Part shown: positions 12,500-26,084 of the stretch, one piece after another
How the letters are laid out: each line of letters begins with the position of its first letter
How positions within the stretch are numbered: the stretch's first letter is position 1
NCBI GenBank assembly: GCA_035221665.1
Contig: CM069137.1
Location: 25,234,001 to 25,298,000 of the forward strand
DNA length: 64,000 nt
Direction: 5' to 3'
Origin: Okamejei kenojei
Lineage: Eukaryota
The notes under the pieces: generated by a model
The model's input: the letters and a program-made list of their open reading frames with translations, nothing else
The model's database searches: none
What the model was told of the DNA's origin: nothing
Made by a program: the position numbers and the translations under genes

Positions 12500-13075
12500 C
12501 AAGGAAATTCAGCATGTGTTCAATGACTCTAAACAATCTCTTCACTTCATCCAGAGAAAGTGTCCTATCTGGATACATTACAATGGCTCCAGAACTGCCC
12601 TGCCAAATACTGTAAGGAATCGCAGAGAGTTGTGAGCGCAGCCCAGTCGATCACACAAACTAGCCTCCCTCCAACTCCACGCTGCCTCAGGAAAGCAGCC
12701 AACATAATCAAGGACTACTCACACACCTGTCATTCTCTTTCTCCTCTGTTCCATCAGGCAGAATACGAAAACGTTTGAAAGATGATTCCTCCAGATTAAA
12801 GAACAGTTTCTTCCCCACTGTCCTCAAACTATTGAACAGATCTCTCATATGCCAGGGATGGATTCCTGACCTTCCAATCTTCCTCACTGTTCTTGCACTT
12901 TAAAGCAATTATTTCCCTTCCCCTGTACTGGCAACGTTATATTCTGCACAGGTTATTTTCTCTTTTGTGCTGCTTAATGTATTTGCATATGGCATGGCTT
13001 GCCTGGATAACATACAAAATACATTTTTCACTGTTTCTTGGTGTATGGAACAATAATAAACCAATACCAATCCAT
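12500..13075 (+). mobile_element. Rex1/Babar LINE 3' fragment
   Basis: QRVVSAAQSITQTSLP...RCLRKAANIIKDYSH; AATAAA followed by an ACCAAT tail. Confidence 0.75.
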
Positions 13076-13559
13076 ACAAATAGATCAAATAAGGGGAGAT
13101 GAATTTGTTCCTTCAAGAATGTTCGTAAACCAATAATACATGTTTCCAGATATCAGTCCTCATTATCACTAAGGTAGTGTGCTCTTAATGATGTCCCAAC
13201 CTATGATAACCTATCTTGTATGTTTAAATAACCCTAAAGAAGATAATAGACTTGACATCTCAATAGATTTTAGATTGTTTATTGTATATAGCATAGATTA
13301 GCTCAATTATTTTTAATGGCGAGATATATTTTAGTCAAAAACTTAAAAGAATGTTTATATTAAAAAGACAACATTTTAATATGTGGAAAATTGGTAGTTT
13401 TTAGTTTCAGTTGTGGATTGTCTGATCTCCCTTAGATGCTATATATTTGTTTACATCAATCCGCAACTGTAATCAAGATGTTCAAGGAAAATCTCTTGGA
13501 TTGTTCACATCAAATGAAGTACCTTGAATGAAGTCATGTAAAATAATGTGCAAGTGAGT

Positions 13560-13862
13560 AAATACATCACATACTGTCTATATCCAACACTGGATAATAC
13601 CATTGAGATCATGGGTTTCAATTTGGATGACTGAGAACTATTTTTGACCAGAAGATAAAGAGAGCACCATTTTTTTCAACTATTGGCAGAGTAACATTAG
13701 GATTTTAATTGGCAGATGGAATGTAATGATTAAAGGACAATACCTTGTCGCTCAGTGCTGCGTTGAAATAGCAGGTTGCATTGTATATTGAAAAAAATGG
13801 TTGAATTTGAACCCACGAGTTTTTGATCCTGAGGTGACAGTGCTACCAACTGAGCCAAGTTG
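13560..13862 (-). mobile_element. Degenerate SacSINE1-like DeuSINE
   Basis: tRNA-like head TTTGAACCCAC...GTGCTACCAACTGAGCCA; the body is heavily decayed. Confidence 0.45.
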
Positions 13863-15480
13863 CCACTTTTTAGTGCCATAAAGTACTGCATGTCTCGAGC
13901 AATCATTACAATAACTCAATTTATAAATGCACATCTGGTGGCAACTACCATTAATGGTTCAAGCTCTCTTAAAATAAAATTCTGCTGCAGAAAATTGTTT
14001 TCTTCCTGCAGCGACATGAAGCAATGTTAAAGGAGACTTCTTAATACCTCACTCACGAGTGCTTTGCAGGTTTTGTTCCTGCAAGGTGCTGCTATGAAAT
14101 AGTAACTATTATATTGGCGATTTGTGCTTTAGCTGACAGTATATTTGCTGGGTTGCATATTTTTATGTCTTTCCTTAAAACTGAAATAATACAACCAATT
14201 TGTACCAAGGAAGATTTCCAGGCAATGTTAGAAATTAAAAGATTGTTAAAAACAATTTAACTGATGAGTCACTCAATAATCATATTATATATGATCCATT
14301 CTTTTGATAATGCTACCATTATTCACCACTGTATGTTTTATTATATTGTTGTTTTTTTTTAAATGCAAGTTTTTCTCGTTGCACCATGCTACAGACTGTG
14401 CAAAACTGGTGCTCTGTTCATTGTGTCAATAAGCTGTTCTGATCTGAATGCCTTTATCTTAAGTTAATTTTACTCAAAGAATAGACAGTGGCATTCTTGC
14501 TTTTATTGACTGCAAGTTCACCTCCGGAGGTTGAGGCTCTTAATCAATTTCTTCAGAGGATGGCAAACTAAGCCTTTTTGAGAATGTGACAGAAACATCT
14601 CCACGTTAGGTTGGAACTATGGGACAGACGGGAAAATAAAAGAAAACAGCTTTTTTAAGATTGTCTGCATTTCTGCACATCAAACAGGCTGAGGTTATTA
14701 GTCCTTATTATGCATATTAAGTAAGCCCATTAATTACAACACCAGGGAAATGTTCATTGCTAAGTGAATGCCTCCTGATGGGTACTGATACTTGGAACTT
14801 TCAGATGTGGCCCCATCTGGCTTTGTATGAACCAGCCCGGGCAAATGAAAGATCACAAAAACTGGCGAGATACTCCTTTATTTAAATTATTGCCTTTATT
14901 ACAAAGATGTGGCTGTAATGTAAGACAAAAATGTTGTTTGTAAAGTTGGATATCCTTGCACCTGACTGGATTTTTACACGTAAAAATGCTCTTGGGCACC
15001 AAAGACAGTTAAAGTAATGTTAATTAATGAGTGAGCAATCTCAGGTTAGTTCCTGGTGGGTTTCAGTCCATGGCACAAAGCTGCCTATATTTCAGTACTA
15101 ATTGGCACTAAATTGGCAGCCTCGCTGAATGAGGCCTCAAGGATGATTAGCACAAATACCACATTAAAACACATGGAGGCTGTTGGAAAGCCACGGAAAA
15201 TGGTCAAAGTACACCAAACACATGCTGCCTGCTCCGTTGCATGCATTCTACATTGATGCAGTTCACTAATTATTCAGAGGGTGATTCTTTTCTCGTAATG
15301 AATGTGAGCTTAGTCATATAAGCCTGATGGAAGACATGTGAGCTTCAAAAGGACAGATGATACTTCCGATTATTATTGGACACTGATCAACCTGTTTCTA
15401 ATCATCATTTACTGTTATGTGCTCACACCTTTCAGTAAGATTGGACCAATATAAACACACCTCAGGTGCACATTCATATT

Positions 15481-18400
15481 GTAGGTATCTTATTTAGATA
15501 AATCCAGTCAAAAACAACGAGGTAATACGAAATCTAAAACTAGTGAACTTTTAAACACATATATAAAAAATACAAATATAACCGATGTTTGGAGGATTGC
15601 AAATCCGACAGGCAAGGAATATTCATTTTATTCATCGGTACACAAGACTTCCTCACGTATAGATTATTTCCTGGTAGACACAAAATTAATTCCGTATACT
15701 CTCAACCCAAAATACCACACAAATACGATTTCAGATCATTCCCCCCTAACTTTTTAAAAAAAATAGAAGGCATGTCTAAGAATACATCGTTCTGGAGGTA
15801 TAACCCCCAAATTTTAAAAGACCCGCAAGGGACTATATATCTAAGACAGCAAATGGATCTTTTTTTCAAAATAAATGATACACCAGACACACCACCTACA
15901 TTATTATGGGAATCTTTCAAAGCTTTTATTAGAGGTGTTATAATCTCATACCAAGCCTTTAAGAATAAAAAAAAATAAGAATGAACAACGGCAGCTAGAG
16001 GAACAAATTAGACAATTACATATAGATAATGCTAAAGACCCGTCCATGGATAAACACAATAAAATATTAATACTAAAATTCAAATAAAATAAATTACTAT
16101 CAGAGAAAGTTATAACATTATTCCAAATGACAAGACAGGAACAGTTTGAATTTGGGGAGAAGCCTCATAAACTTCTCGCACGCCAATTAAAAAACCGAGA
16201 AAAGGAACACACGATTTCAAAGATTAAATCAAACAAAGGGGAAGTATTAACATTACCGAATGAAATTAATAAAAGATTTGTGCAATTTTATGAGAATTTG
16301 TATACATCCAAAATGACAACAGACACCAACACAATCACTGAGTTTCTGGATAATTGCAATCTTCCCAAACTAGAATTGAAGGAACAAGAGGAATTGGGAG
16401 CACAAATCTCAAATAAGGAAATGGAAGAAACAATATTCTCATTAAAAAATGGAAAAACACCAGGCCCCGACGGATTTAGTAATGAATTCTACAAAAGTTT
16501 TTACGATATATTTAGTCCTCGTCTACAGAAAATGTACACACAGCTTTCAGTAGAACAAAATATTACCTGATACTGTACTAGCAGAATACGATTACATGTA
16601 CAGGGTCTTGGTGAGACCATAAGTTTTGGTCTAATTGCCATAGAGGGAGTAGACTGATGGAGACTGTCTTATGACTGATAGACTCGGTTTTATACTCTCT
16701 GAATCTTATAGAAACTTACAAAATTCTTAAGGGGTTTATAGGTCACCAGCTATCACACAGAGAGTGGTGAGTCTCTGGAACTCAGTTGAGGCCAGTTCAT
16801 TGGCGTCAGAGGGTAAATACATGATCAAAAAAATGGACTCCTGCACCTAATTTCTATGTTTCTATGTAAGATTAAGTAAGTACGCCATTAAACTAATACA
16901 TCCGGATCAAACGGGGTTTATCCCTAAGAGAAATTAATTTAATAATTTGAGACGTCTGCTGAATATAATGCACTCACACCAAACTAAAGATCCAAATCTC
17001 GCAATTATTTCGCTGGATGCAGAGAGAGCATTCGATCAGGTTGAATGGAAGTATATGGTTAAGGTACTGCAAAATTTTCAACTGGGAGAGAATTTCATTC
17101 AATGGATTAAATTAATATATAATAAGTCAACGGCCAGGATATTAACTAATAATATTTTATCCACGAAATTTCAAGGGGTAATAGACAAGGCTGTTCATTA
17201 TCACCATTGTTATTTGCCCTCATAATTGAACCACTAGCGGAAAGTATTAGAACTCATCCGAATATCCACGGATATAAGACAAAGTATTCAAACAATAAAA
17301 TATCATTATACGCTGATGATGTACTTTTGTACATCACAAAGCCTCATATCACTATACCCAATATTTTAAATTTAATTGAGGATTTCGGTTCATTTTCAGT
17401 TTACAGAATAAACTGGAATAAAAGTGAAATCATGTCAATAAAACCGAAAGATTCTATACATCTCATACAATTTCCTTTTAAAATAGCTGGGGAAAAATTT
17501 TAATACTTGGGCATTGAAATTACTAGAAGATATCAAGGCATGTTTAAAGCAAACTATAACCCTGTACTTAATTTAATTAAATTCTGGAAAACGCTCCCGA
17601 TGTCCTTAATAGGCTGAATAAACGCCATAAAAATGATTTTTCTACCACAAATTCTATACTTGTTCCAATCAATCCCACTATATCTACCCAAAAAAGTTTT
17701 TTTTTAAAATGGACTCAGATATTACAAATTATATTTATGATTATAAGACCCGTAGAATACAAAAACCACACCTGAATAAACCCAAAGTAGTAGGGGGATT
17801 AGCACTCCCTAATTTTATGTATTATTATTGGTCGGTAAATATTAGAAATATGATTCAATTGTTGGATAATGCTCTTCATCAATTGGAATGGATCATTATG
17901 GAAAAAGAGGACAGCCACCCCCCCCCCCCCCCCCCCCTTTAATATTGGTGCAATCCTTCTTTCACCATTGACGGTGAATAATACAAACTACAACAAAAAC
18001 CCAATTATACATAGTACAATCAGAATTTGGAAACAAATAAAATACAATTTAAAATTAAGAAACTTATCTCTCCTATCTCCTAGTGCTAAAAACCCTATGT
18101 TTAAACCCTCAATTATAGACAAAGCATTCATACAATGGGAAAGAGCAGGAATTAAAACTTAGGGAGATACGGGAAATGATACGGGAAAACTATTATAATT
18201 TAAACAATTACAACTAAAATACAATCTGGGTAACAATCAGTATTTTAAATATTTCCAAATATGTGATTATTTGAAAAAACATGCACATGAATTTCACAAA
18301 ATGCCATTAGACTTACTAGATGAAGTAATGAATACAAAGGCGGAATCACCAAATTTAATTTCACATATATATAATATTATACTAAATGCAGTAATACCAA

Positions 18401-19312
18401 CAACGGAAGGTATTAGAGGTGAGTGGGAAAATGAACCAAGCATAAAAATTTCCAATGAAAGGTGGAAAGAATACTTATTAAATGTGCACAAATGCTCAAT
18501 TAATGTAAGACACACTTTAATGCAATCTAAAATTATACATAGATTATACTACTCAAAAACTAAATTAAATAAATTTTTCCCTAACATTTGTGATAAATGC
18601 CAGTCAAGAAGCTACTATAGCACACTCATTCATCTTTTGTACAAAAATTCAAAGGTTTTGGATTGAAATCTTTGAAATTTTCACAAAAGTGTTTAAAATA
18701 AAAATGACACCAAAGCCAGAATGGATTATTTTCGGAATGACAGAAGGTAGTTCGGAATTAAATGCGTATAAAAAGAATTTATTTGATTACGGCTTAATAA
18801 TAGGAAAAAAACTAATCTTAAAATTCTGGAAAAATGTTCCTATACCAACATTAAATATGTGGATTTCAACTATGTTTGAAACAGTACATCTGGAAGATAT
18901 GAGACGCCGCCTGGAAGGAAAATCAGAACGCTTCTTTCAGGCGTGGTCTGCATTTGTAGAATTACTACAAAGATAGGGTGCAGGAGTACCTCGGGCCTTG
19001 GTGGGGGGGGGGGGGGGGGGGGGGGGATGAAAAACTATTGAGTTGATGGATTCCTTTTGCGAGATATATATAACATAGTAACTGGCCTTTTTTTTCCTTT
19101 TCCTTTTTTTTAGGGTCTATCTCTTAACCCCCTTTCTCTAATTCTTTGACCAAGAGTTTCTTCTTCCCTTTGGCACGCTCTTTCACTATCACAACTCAAT
19201 TCACCTATTTCGCTCTCTTTCTTTCTTTCTATTCTTTTTCTTTAAAAGCCATAAAATTATGGGGTACAATGATTGTAACACTATATGTGTGAAGTACATT
19301 GATGCATTTACC
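15481..19312 (+). mobile_element. 5'-truncated L1-clade LINE (degenerate ORF2: APE C-terminus, RT, Cys-rich knuckle, 3' UTR)
   Basis: DVWRIANP...YSFYS...SRIDYFL...SDHSP (APE); KTPGPDGF; DQTGFI; ISLDAERAFDQVEW; YADD at 17309-17320; GGLALPN; CDKC...H...C. ORF ends at 18976. Several frameshifts and stops; A-rich sense strand; G-tract in the 3' UTR. Confidence 0.92.
16597..16866 (+). mobile_element. Multiply deleted CR1/HER1 3' end embedded in the L1
   Basis: Collinear short CR1 blocks (GGTGAGACCA, CCATAGAGGGAGT, CTTATAGAAACTTACAAAATTCTTAAGGGG, CACACAGAGAGTGGTGA, CTCCTGCACCTA, TTTCTATG). Confidence 0.7.
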
Positions 19313-19585
19313 NNNNNNNNNNNNNNNNNNNNNNNNNNNNNNNNNNNNNNNNNNNNNNNNNNNNNNNNNNNNNNNNNNNNNNNNNNNNNNNNNNNNNNNN
19401 NNNNNNNNNNNNNNNNNNNNNNNNNNNNNNNNNNNNNNNNNNNNNNNNNNNNNNNNNNNNNNNNNNNNNNNNNNNNNNNNNNNNNNNNNNNNNNNNNNNN
19501 NNNNNNNNNNNNNNNNNNNNNNNNNNNNNNNNNNNNNNNNNNNNNNNNNNNNNNNNNNNNNNNNNNNNNNNNNNNNNNNNNNNNN
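19313..19585. other. Assembly gap (273 N)
   Basis: Run of N. Confidence 1.
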
Positions 19586-21270
19586 AACCCTAAGGTAGTC
19601 CAATGTCTAAACAAATCCAGGTTTCTCACCACAAGTGCTCTTTCATAATTAATTACATGTTTTGCTGAGCAATACTTTTAATCTATGCATTGGAGCTAAT
19701 GATAAATGTGGGTGCAAAATGCAAAAAACACTTCAATTCTCTTGCATTTTAATGATCAGAAAAAAATTTTTTGTGCTTAACTGCGTTTTGATCTCAACAG
19801 CCCTATGCATAAAAATTATTTATTGACCAGTAATGCTAAACTCCCGATACAATAGACTGCATTTATACTCTGCATCTGGGGGAACTGAATATTGAATTCA
19901 GTTGCATCTAAATAGCACATTTAACACTAATGATAATTTTCAAAGTGCGTAACTATTACAATAGTCTAGAATACACTGACATAGAGTTTCTTATATCGGT
20001 ACACAGAGAACATATATTTTTAATTATTTATGATTTGATACCCTAAGAGTTTCATGTATAATATCAAGTATTTCAGTGAGTCAAATTAGCTGCACAGTCT
20101 ACTTGAGTGATCATAGCTATTTGGCAAATATAGACATTGTCAGATTTTTTTTAACGTTCTGCTTGAATTGTGGGTCACTTTCATGATGGTGTTCTGGCAA
20201 ACATTATTGGTTCATTTTCTTCCAGGACCACTCTCACCTTCTCAATTGAAGGCAAATCCACTTAAATGGGAGGATTAAATAAAGCATCGGAAAAGGCATA
20301 TCCTTTCTCAAAAGGAATCCATAAGATTATGCATTAGTTGAGGACACTGTAACAAACATTTATGATAAGAAAACAAAACATTAATAAAGAAAACACGTTA
20401 GCTATTTTGACATAAACAAGGCTGAAGTGGACCAGATGTGCTTTTTTAAAGAATAGAATAACAAGCTGTTGTTAGCTGCACAAAATGTTCCATGTGGCAT
20501 TTATTGGCAAGTGATAATGAAAACAAGACTTCAGAACTCTGAGAACAATAAAACAAAACTTGAATCAAACACAATGGATAAAATAACCTTCAGCATCAGT
20601 TTAGAAGGTGCTTCGATGGCAGAAATGGAGAACTAGAGTTGAGCTTCTAAACATGCTGCCTAAATGCTAAGCACTTTATTGCCATTCAGTGACCACATTG
20701 AGCAAGCCGAGTGTTACTAATTAAGATTAGCTTTCAGTATATGGGTTTACTGCTTATAGAATTGGTCAGGCTTATTGAAAGAAGGCTGGTTGAATGTACC
20801 ATTTTGTCTCTTTTTCAAGACTCACATAAACCTTTCCTACAGTGTAGACCTTGTGATTTGCTATTTTTGACTGAAGTGTAATTGGGCTGTTCTGCTTGTG
20901 GAACATGGTGTTGTGAAAATAAATGCAGGGACCTATTGCACTTTTCAGTGCTGTATGTCAGTAATGTTGGAGGAGGAAAGAGTTAAAGCAAATCTTTGAT
21001 TCTATTAATGCATAATTTCTGTTTGATTGCTCCTCAATAATCCAGCACTGTACTTTCACTGTTGCAGTTGTGTAAAATATTGAGGATGGCAAAGGAGAAT
21101 GTTAAATACTTTGGGGAGAACAATTTCCACTAAGTTAGCCCTACTAATGTCACCAGTACTTTTTTTTTTTAACAAAATGCAACTTTTCTCACATGCATGG
21201 AGTTTATAAAAGTACATTTTTTAAGGAATTAATTCCATTGACCCCCACAGTGACAGTCCGTGGAAAGCGA

Positions 21271-21588
21271 CATGGTGACACAGCGGCAGAGCTACTGCCT
21301 CACCGAGCCAGCGACCTGGGTTCAATCCTGGTGCTGTCTGTGTGGAGGTTGCATGTTCTCCTTGCGATCATGTGGCTTTCCTCCAGGTGCTCCAATTTTC
21401 ATCCAACATTCCAAAGAAGTGTGGGCTTTTAGGTTAATTGGCCTCCGTAAAATTGCCCCAGATGTGTAGGAAGAGGATGATAAAGTGAGATGGCATAGAA
21501 TTAGTGTGAACAGGTGACCAATTGTCCATGTGGACTTGGTGGGCCACAGGACCTGTTTCCATGCTGTATTGTAATAAGTAAAGTAAAG
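21271..21588 (+). mobile_element. HE1-type V-SINE
   Basis: B-box GGTTCAATCC, conserved core and (GTAAA)n tail. Confidence 0.8.
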
Positions 21589-21751
21589 ATATGGATTGCA
21601 AGACCGGTGCATGTGTGGTGTAAATTGAAAACTAGTGATTTTATCTTATTCAGAGACAATTCTTATTAGTTCTTATTATGTTAAAGATTATCTACATTCA
21701 TTTTGCATTGGGGGAAGTTTCTGAATCGGATACGCCTCTACTTCATTAGAA

Positions 21752-22319
21752 GGCTTAGGAAGATTGGCATGTTCCCTACAACTCTCACCAACTACAGATG
21801 CACCATAGAAACCATTTTATCATGATGCATCACACCTTGGTTTGGCAAAAAGCTCCATCTAAGACAGCGAGAAATTGCAGCGAATTGTGGATGCAGCCCA
21901 GATCATTACACAAACTAACCACCCTTCTTTTGACTTCATTTGTACCTCACACTGCCTCGGCAAGATCAGCAGCATAATCAAGGACGAGTCGCACCTTGAC
22001 CACTCCCTCTGCTCTCCTCTCCCATCAGGCAAAAGGTATAGAAGTGTGAAAATGCACACCACCAGATTCAGCGACAGTTTCTTCCCAGCTGTTATCAGGC
22101 AACTGAATCATCCAATTACAACCATAGAGCAGTGCTGTTGACCCTTGGACTATTCTAGTTTGGACTTTACTGGCTTTACATTGCACTAAATGTTATTCCC
22201 TTATCATGTAAGCCACAATGGCTCGATTGTAATAATGTTTTGTCATTCTGCTGACTAGTTAGCACGCAACAAAAGCTTTTCACTGTACCTTCCGTGACAA
22301 TAAACTAAATTGAACTGAA
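21752..22319 (+). mobile_element. Rex1/Babar LINE 3' fragment
   Basis: QRIVDAAQIITQTNHPS...IIKDESHLDHSLCSPLPSGKRYRS...RFSDSFFP; TGACAATAAA plus ACTAA tail. Confidence 0.8.
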
Positions 22320-22698
22320 AGCTTGGGTTGCAAAAGAAATACATGAAAATGTATTATTTTCCCCCAACAATTCCAAAAGTTTCATGGGTGGTGGCTGTCT
22401 TCTGTCACCATTCTTGATCGTGTCTGTATCTGGTTATTGTCGTCTGCAGGATGTTTCGATGTGAGGTCATCACAGATCTATGTCCTCACTTTCACATGGG
22501 AGCCTTGGGCCTATGTTTGAAAGTAGGCACCCAGGATGATTTTACCTCTTTCCTTAAATAGTAAATATTGTGGACAAAGATGTCATCAGACAAGCTGGTT
22601 TTGTTTTTCATTATGTTAAATGGCATGGTGCAGCTAGACAGAATGGAGATGTTTAGGCAATTTTTTTGTCACACAAAACACTTGCAGATATGATTGGA

Positions 22699-23001
22699 GG
22701 CGGCACAGTGGCGCAGTGGTAGAGTTGCTGCCTTACAGCGCCAGAGACCCTGGTTCAATCCTGATTATGGGTGCTATCTGTATAGTTTTTTTTAGGTTCT
22801 CCCTGTGACCATGTGGGTCTTCACCGGGTGCTCCGGTTTCCACACCCACTCCAAAGACATACAGATTTGTAGGTTAATTCGGTAAAATTGTAAATTGTCC
22901 CTCGTATGTAGGATAGTGTTAGTGTATGGGGTGATCGCTGGTCAGCGCGGACTTCATGGGCCAAAGGGTCTGTTTCCATGTTGTATCTCTAAAGTCTAAA
23001 G
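22699..23001 (+). mobile_element. Full-length HE1-type V-SINE
   Basis: A-box TGGCGCAGTGG (22709-22719), B-box GGTTCAATCC (22752-22761), V-domain and CR1-like 3' tail. Confidence 0.88.
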
Positions 23002-23224
23002 ACTGATTCCTTGTATTTGATATAACTATTCTCCGCTTTTGCATTTTTTCTTCTGGATTAAGGACCCATTTTAATTGAGGGTGGAGTTACTGCAGTTTCT
23101 GTTTCTTCTTTTCTTTATATAGACTCTGCTGATCTGTACACTGTTTTCTGCAACAACATAAACTTCAGGTCATTGACTTATGTTACATTATCAATTGCTA
23201 CACTAATTTTCAATTTATTTCTGG

Positions 23225-23370
23225 AGACGTAAGCATCAGTATCAAGGTTGACATTATTTGCCCCAAGATATTTGCCCTTGAGTTGGTGGTGGTGAGTCAG
23301 CTTCTTGAACTGCAGTAGTCCTTCTGTGGAAAGTACTCTCACTATGTTTTTGCATTGGGAATTCCAGCTT
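23225..23370 (-). mobile_element. Old CR1/L2-type LINE 3' fragment
   Basis: TTGCCCTTGAG.TGGTGGTGGTGAG...CTTCTTGAAC resembles a common old chondrichthyan LINE end; related pieces at about 41690-41990 and 51000-51660. Confidence 0.5.
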
Positions 23371-24559
23371 TTCCCGAAAAAAAAAAAAATCTGATCTCAC
23401 GTATCATGCTACTTTCTGGTTCACATTTTTCGCAATCATCAACACGTGTGGCTGATGACCTTATAAAGAGGAAATTGCAACAATGGTGAGGCAATGTTAA
23501 CAACTTGGCTTCACCACTTAGTACAACTGCAGTATCCTTGAAGGGTGTAGTAATGTATTGTTTGGCATTGCACAAAGAAATGGAATCCAATTGGATATTT
23601 GATAAATATTAAGCAGCATGTTTTAATAACTAGCAGTCCTTCAGAGTTAAAACAGGAATGAGAAATAAACTTACTGGTGCTTCAGCATGCATTTAAATAA
23701 AAATGTAACTAAAATAAAACTTGCACAAATCAACTAGATTACATTACTGGCGTGCTTTAACATTGGAATGAGATAGATATACAAGACAGAAACAAAATAA
23801 TTTGTCAAAGATAAAATATGTAGAGAGTTCAGTAATAAACTGTATATGAATCCCCCCAAAAAACATGCCAAATTAAACACAAACAGGATGCTGCTTCTTA
23901 AGAAATTATGGCTTAATAGCACTAAGCAAGAATTCATCTTTACAGAAGAAGGCTTTGTACACCCATTAGTCTTTTGGCAACAGACAGAAAAGTAATATAA
24001 ATTTAATAACATAAAAGAAGTGGAAAGGAAATGCCAAAGCTATTCCTTGTCAAGCACAACTGGAAAGAGCAGTGATCCATCAATTTAAGATTATTACAGA
24101 GACAATCTATAATCCTAGGCTAAAGATGCTGGAACGTACAAGCATGGACTCTGGTTCCTTGCTATGTGTAATATTTTCCAAAGTTGAAAAAGTGTTGCAA
24201 TTTCAACAAAGCCATTACACACATAAGTCATGTGGTCATTTTTTTTACCAAATCAAAACCCTGCTGCTGGATTAAAGGCTGCTGCTTTCAGATGTGCATC
24301 ATTATTTGGTGAGATGGGTACTTTGTTATTACTAGTCTACATGTTAGGCAAAAATGATTTCCCGTTGAGAGGCAGCAATCTCCCCCAACTGCAAACTCTG
24401 TTTGAACATAATGCTATGTACATCAGTGTACCTTCTAATCAGTTGCAAAAGTATTGCAATTATATTTTGATTAAAAACTAGAGAACAACAAGAATATATA
24501 TTTACATACAGTTTCTTGTGTAAATAAGCTTCTCAGTAAGAGGAAATAATGGAAATATA

Positions 24560-24800
24560 AACATTTCTATGGTGCCTGATTGTGACCTCAAGTATTTTAT
24601 AGCAAACAATTTATTTTTGTGGTAAAAGGCACAATCCTGTAGATGTATTTGGTAGGTAATTTATGCACAGAAAGGCAACATGATGAAATAAATGAGTGAT
24701 GTCCAGGTAATTTGCTTTTGGTGACTTTATTTGGGAGCTGTATGTTCATTAGAACATAAGGGGAATTCATTCATAGTTTTCAATGGGTGTTAAAGGATTT
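24560..24800 (-). mobile_element. Degenerate DeuSINE (SacSINE1-like) fragment
   Basis: Decayed reverse-complement similarity to 43600-43875. Confidence 0.4.
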
Positions 24801-25064
24801 TTTTATTTCTCAAAGATAAAATTATTTCTGGTGCAGGTGAGTGACATAAGAATCAGAGTGATGGGCTTGTGAAAAACCATAGGCTGACAGGCCACAACTT
24901 AAGGCACTCATAGAATTGCTGGCATGGTCTGATGGGATGAAATGAATCCTGTGTTATGATACTTGAGTGCCAATGTCAGCAATGTTTAACATTGCATCCC
25001 GCAGATGCCAACTTCCCAGTATAAGATTATGCACCCAAATTCCTTGTTGAAACAATTGTATTTA

Positions 25065-25312
25065 CAAAGCCGCTCACACAAATTTACAATGTCCAAAAGT
25101 ACGTCATTGGTAATAAAATGCCTTACTGGTTTACTGTATTGTGGGAAATGCAAAAGCCAATTTAAAAGCAGATGGATCCCATAAAGAGTGAAGTGATAAT
25201 AACCATGTAAACATTGCTTGAAGACATTGATTGGGAGATAAATATTATCCAAGGCACAAGGGGTAATTTCCTTGTTCTTGACTGAAATAGTGCCATGTGA
25301 TCCCATGCACTC
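25065..25312 (-). mobile_element. DeuSINE (SacSINE1-like) Deu-domain fragment
   Basis: GGGAGATAAATATT...GAAATAGTGCCATGTGATCC is the reverse complement of the Deu-domain core. Confidence 0.6.
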
Positions 25313-25449
25313 AATTGCCATCATGAAATAATTAGTTTCTCTTTTATCATTTTCTAGTTAACATGGGACTATCTACATAAGAATGGGGGTAATGTAATAA
25401 GAAAATACGAATTGGGAGAAAGAGTAGGTCGCCCTTGAGTTTGCTATTA

Positions 25450-25573
25450 TCTCTGGAGAAAAGGAATAGGTGATGTTTGGATCGAGACCCTTCATCAGAC
25501 TCGTTGAGATGCTGCCTGACCTGCTGTTACTCCAGCATTTTGTGTCTATCTTTGTTGTAAACTAGGATCTGCT
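25450..25573. mobile_element. Penelope-derived fold-back fragment
   Basis: Family motifs in both orientations (GAGACCCTTCATCAGACT / GAGATGCTGCCTGACC). Confidence 0.7.
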
Positions 25574-25666
25574 AAATGTATAGAAGTGTGAAAACGTACA
25601 CTTCCGGATTCAGGGATAGTTTCTTCCCAGCTGTTATCAAGCAACTGAATCATCCTACTACAACCA

Positions 25667-25975
25667 TCTTGGATAGAGTGGATGTGGAGAGGATGTTTCC
25701 ACTAGTGGGAGAGATTACGATGAGAGGTCAGACCCTCAAAATTAAAGGACGTTCCATTAGGAAGGAGATGAGGGGGAATTTATTTAGTCAAGGGTGGTGA
25801 ATCTGTGGAATTCTTTGCCATAGAAGGCAGTGGAGGCTGTCAATTAAGGGTGTCAGGGGTTATGGGGAGAAGGCAGGGGAATGGGGTTAGGACAAAGAGA
25901 TACATCAGCCATTATTGAATGGTGGAGTAGACTTGATGGGCCGAATGGCCTAATTCTGCTCCTATCAATTATGAC
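25667..25975 (+). mobile_element. CR1/HER1 LINE 3' fragment inserted into a Rex1 3' end (25575-26050)
   Basis: LDRVDVERMFPLVGE...RGQTLKIKGR; terminal GATGGGCCGAATGGCCTAATTCTGCTCC. Confidence 0.8.
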
Positions 25976-26084
25976 CTAACCAGAGAGCAGTGCTGAACTA
26001 CTTCCTACCTCTTTATCGGCTCTTGGACTATCCTTGATCGGACTTTGCTGGCTTGAAAACCTCAATACCTTTCCAAGGATCTCG

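Noticed and set aside
17918-19026. Long C and G homopolymers as G-quadruplex or frameshift signals
   Set aside because: Similar runs occur throughout (1951-1978, 28087-28100, 40799-40811); slippage or long-read homopolymer error is the simpler explanation.
19201-19648. Four long ORFs spanning the N run
   Set aside because: Artefacts of translating the assembly gap.
22699-22770. tRNA genes at SINE heads
   Set aside because: A/B boxes are followed by SINE body and tail; no complete cloverleaf.
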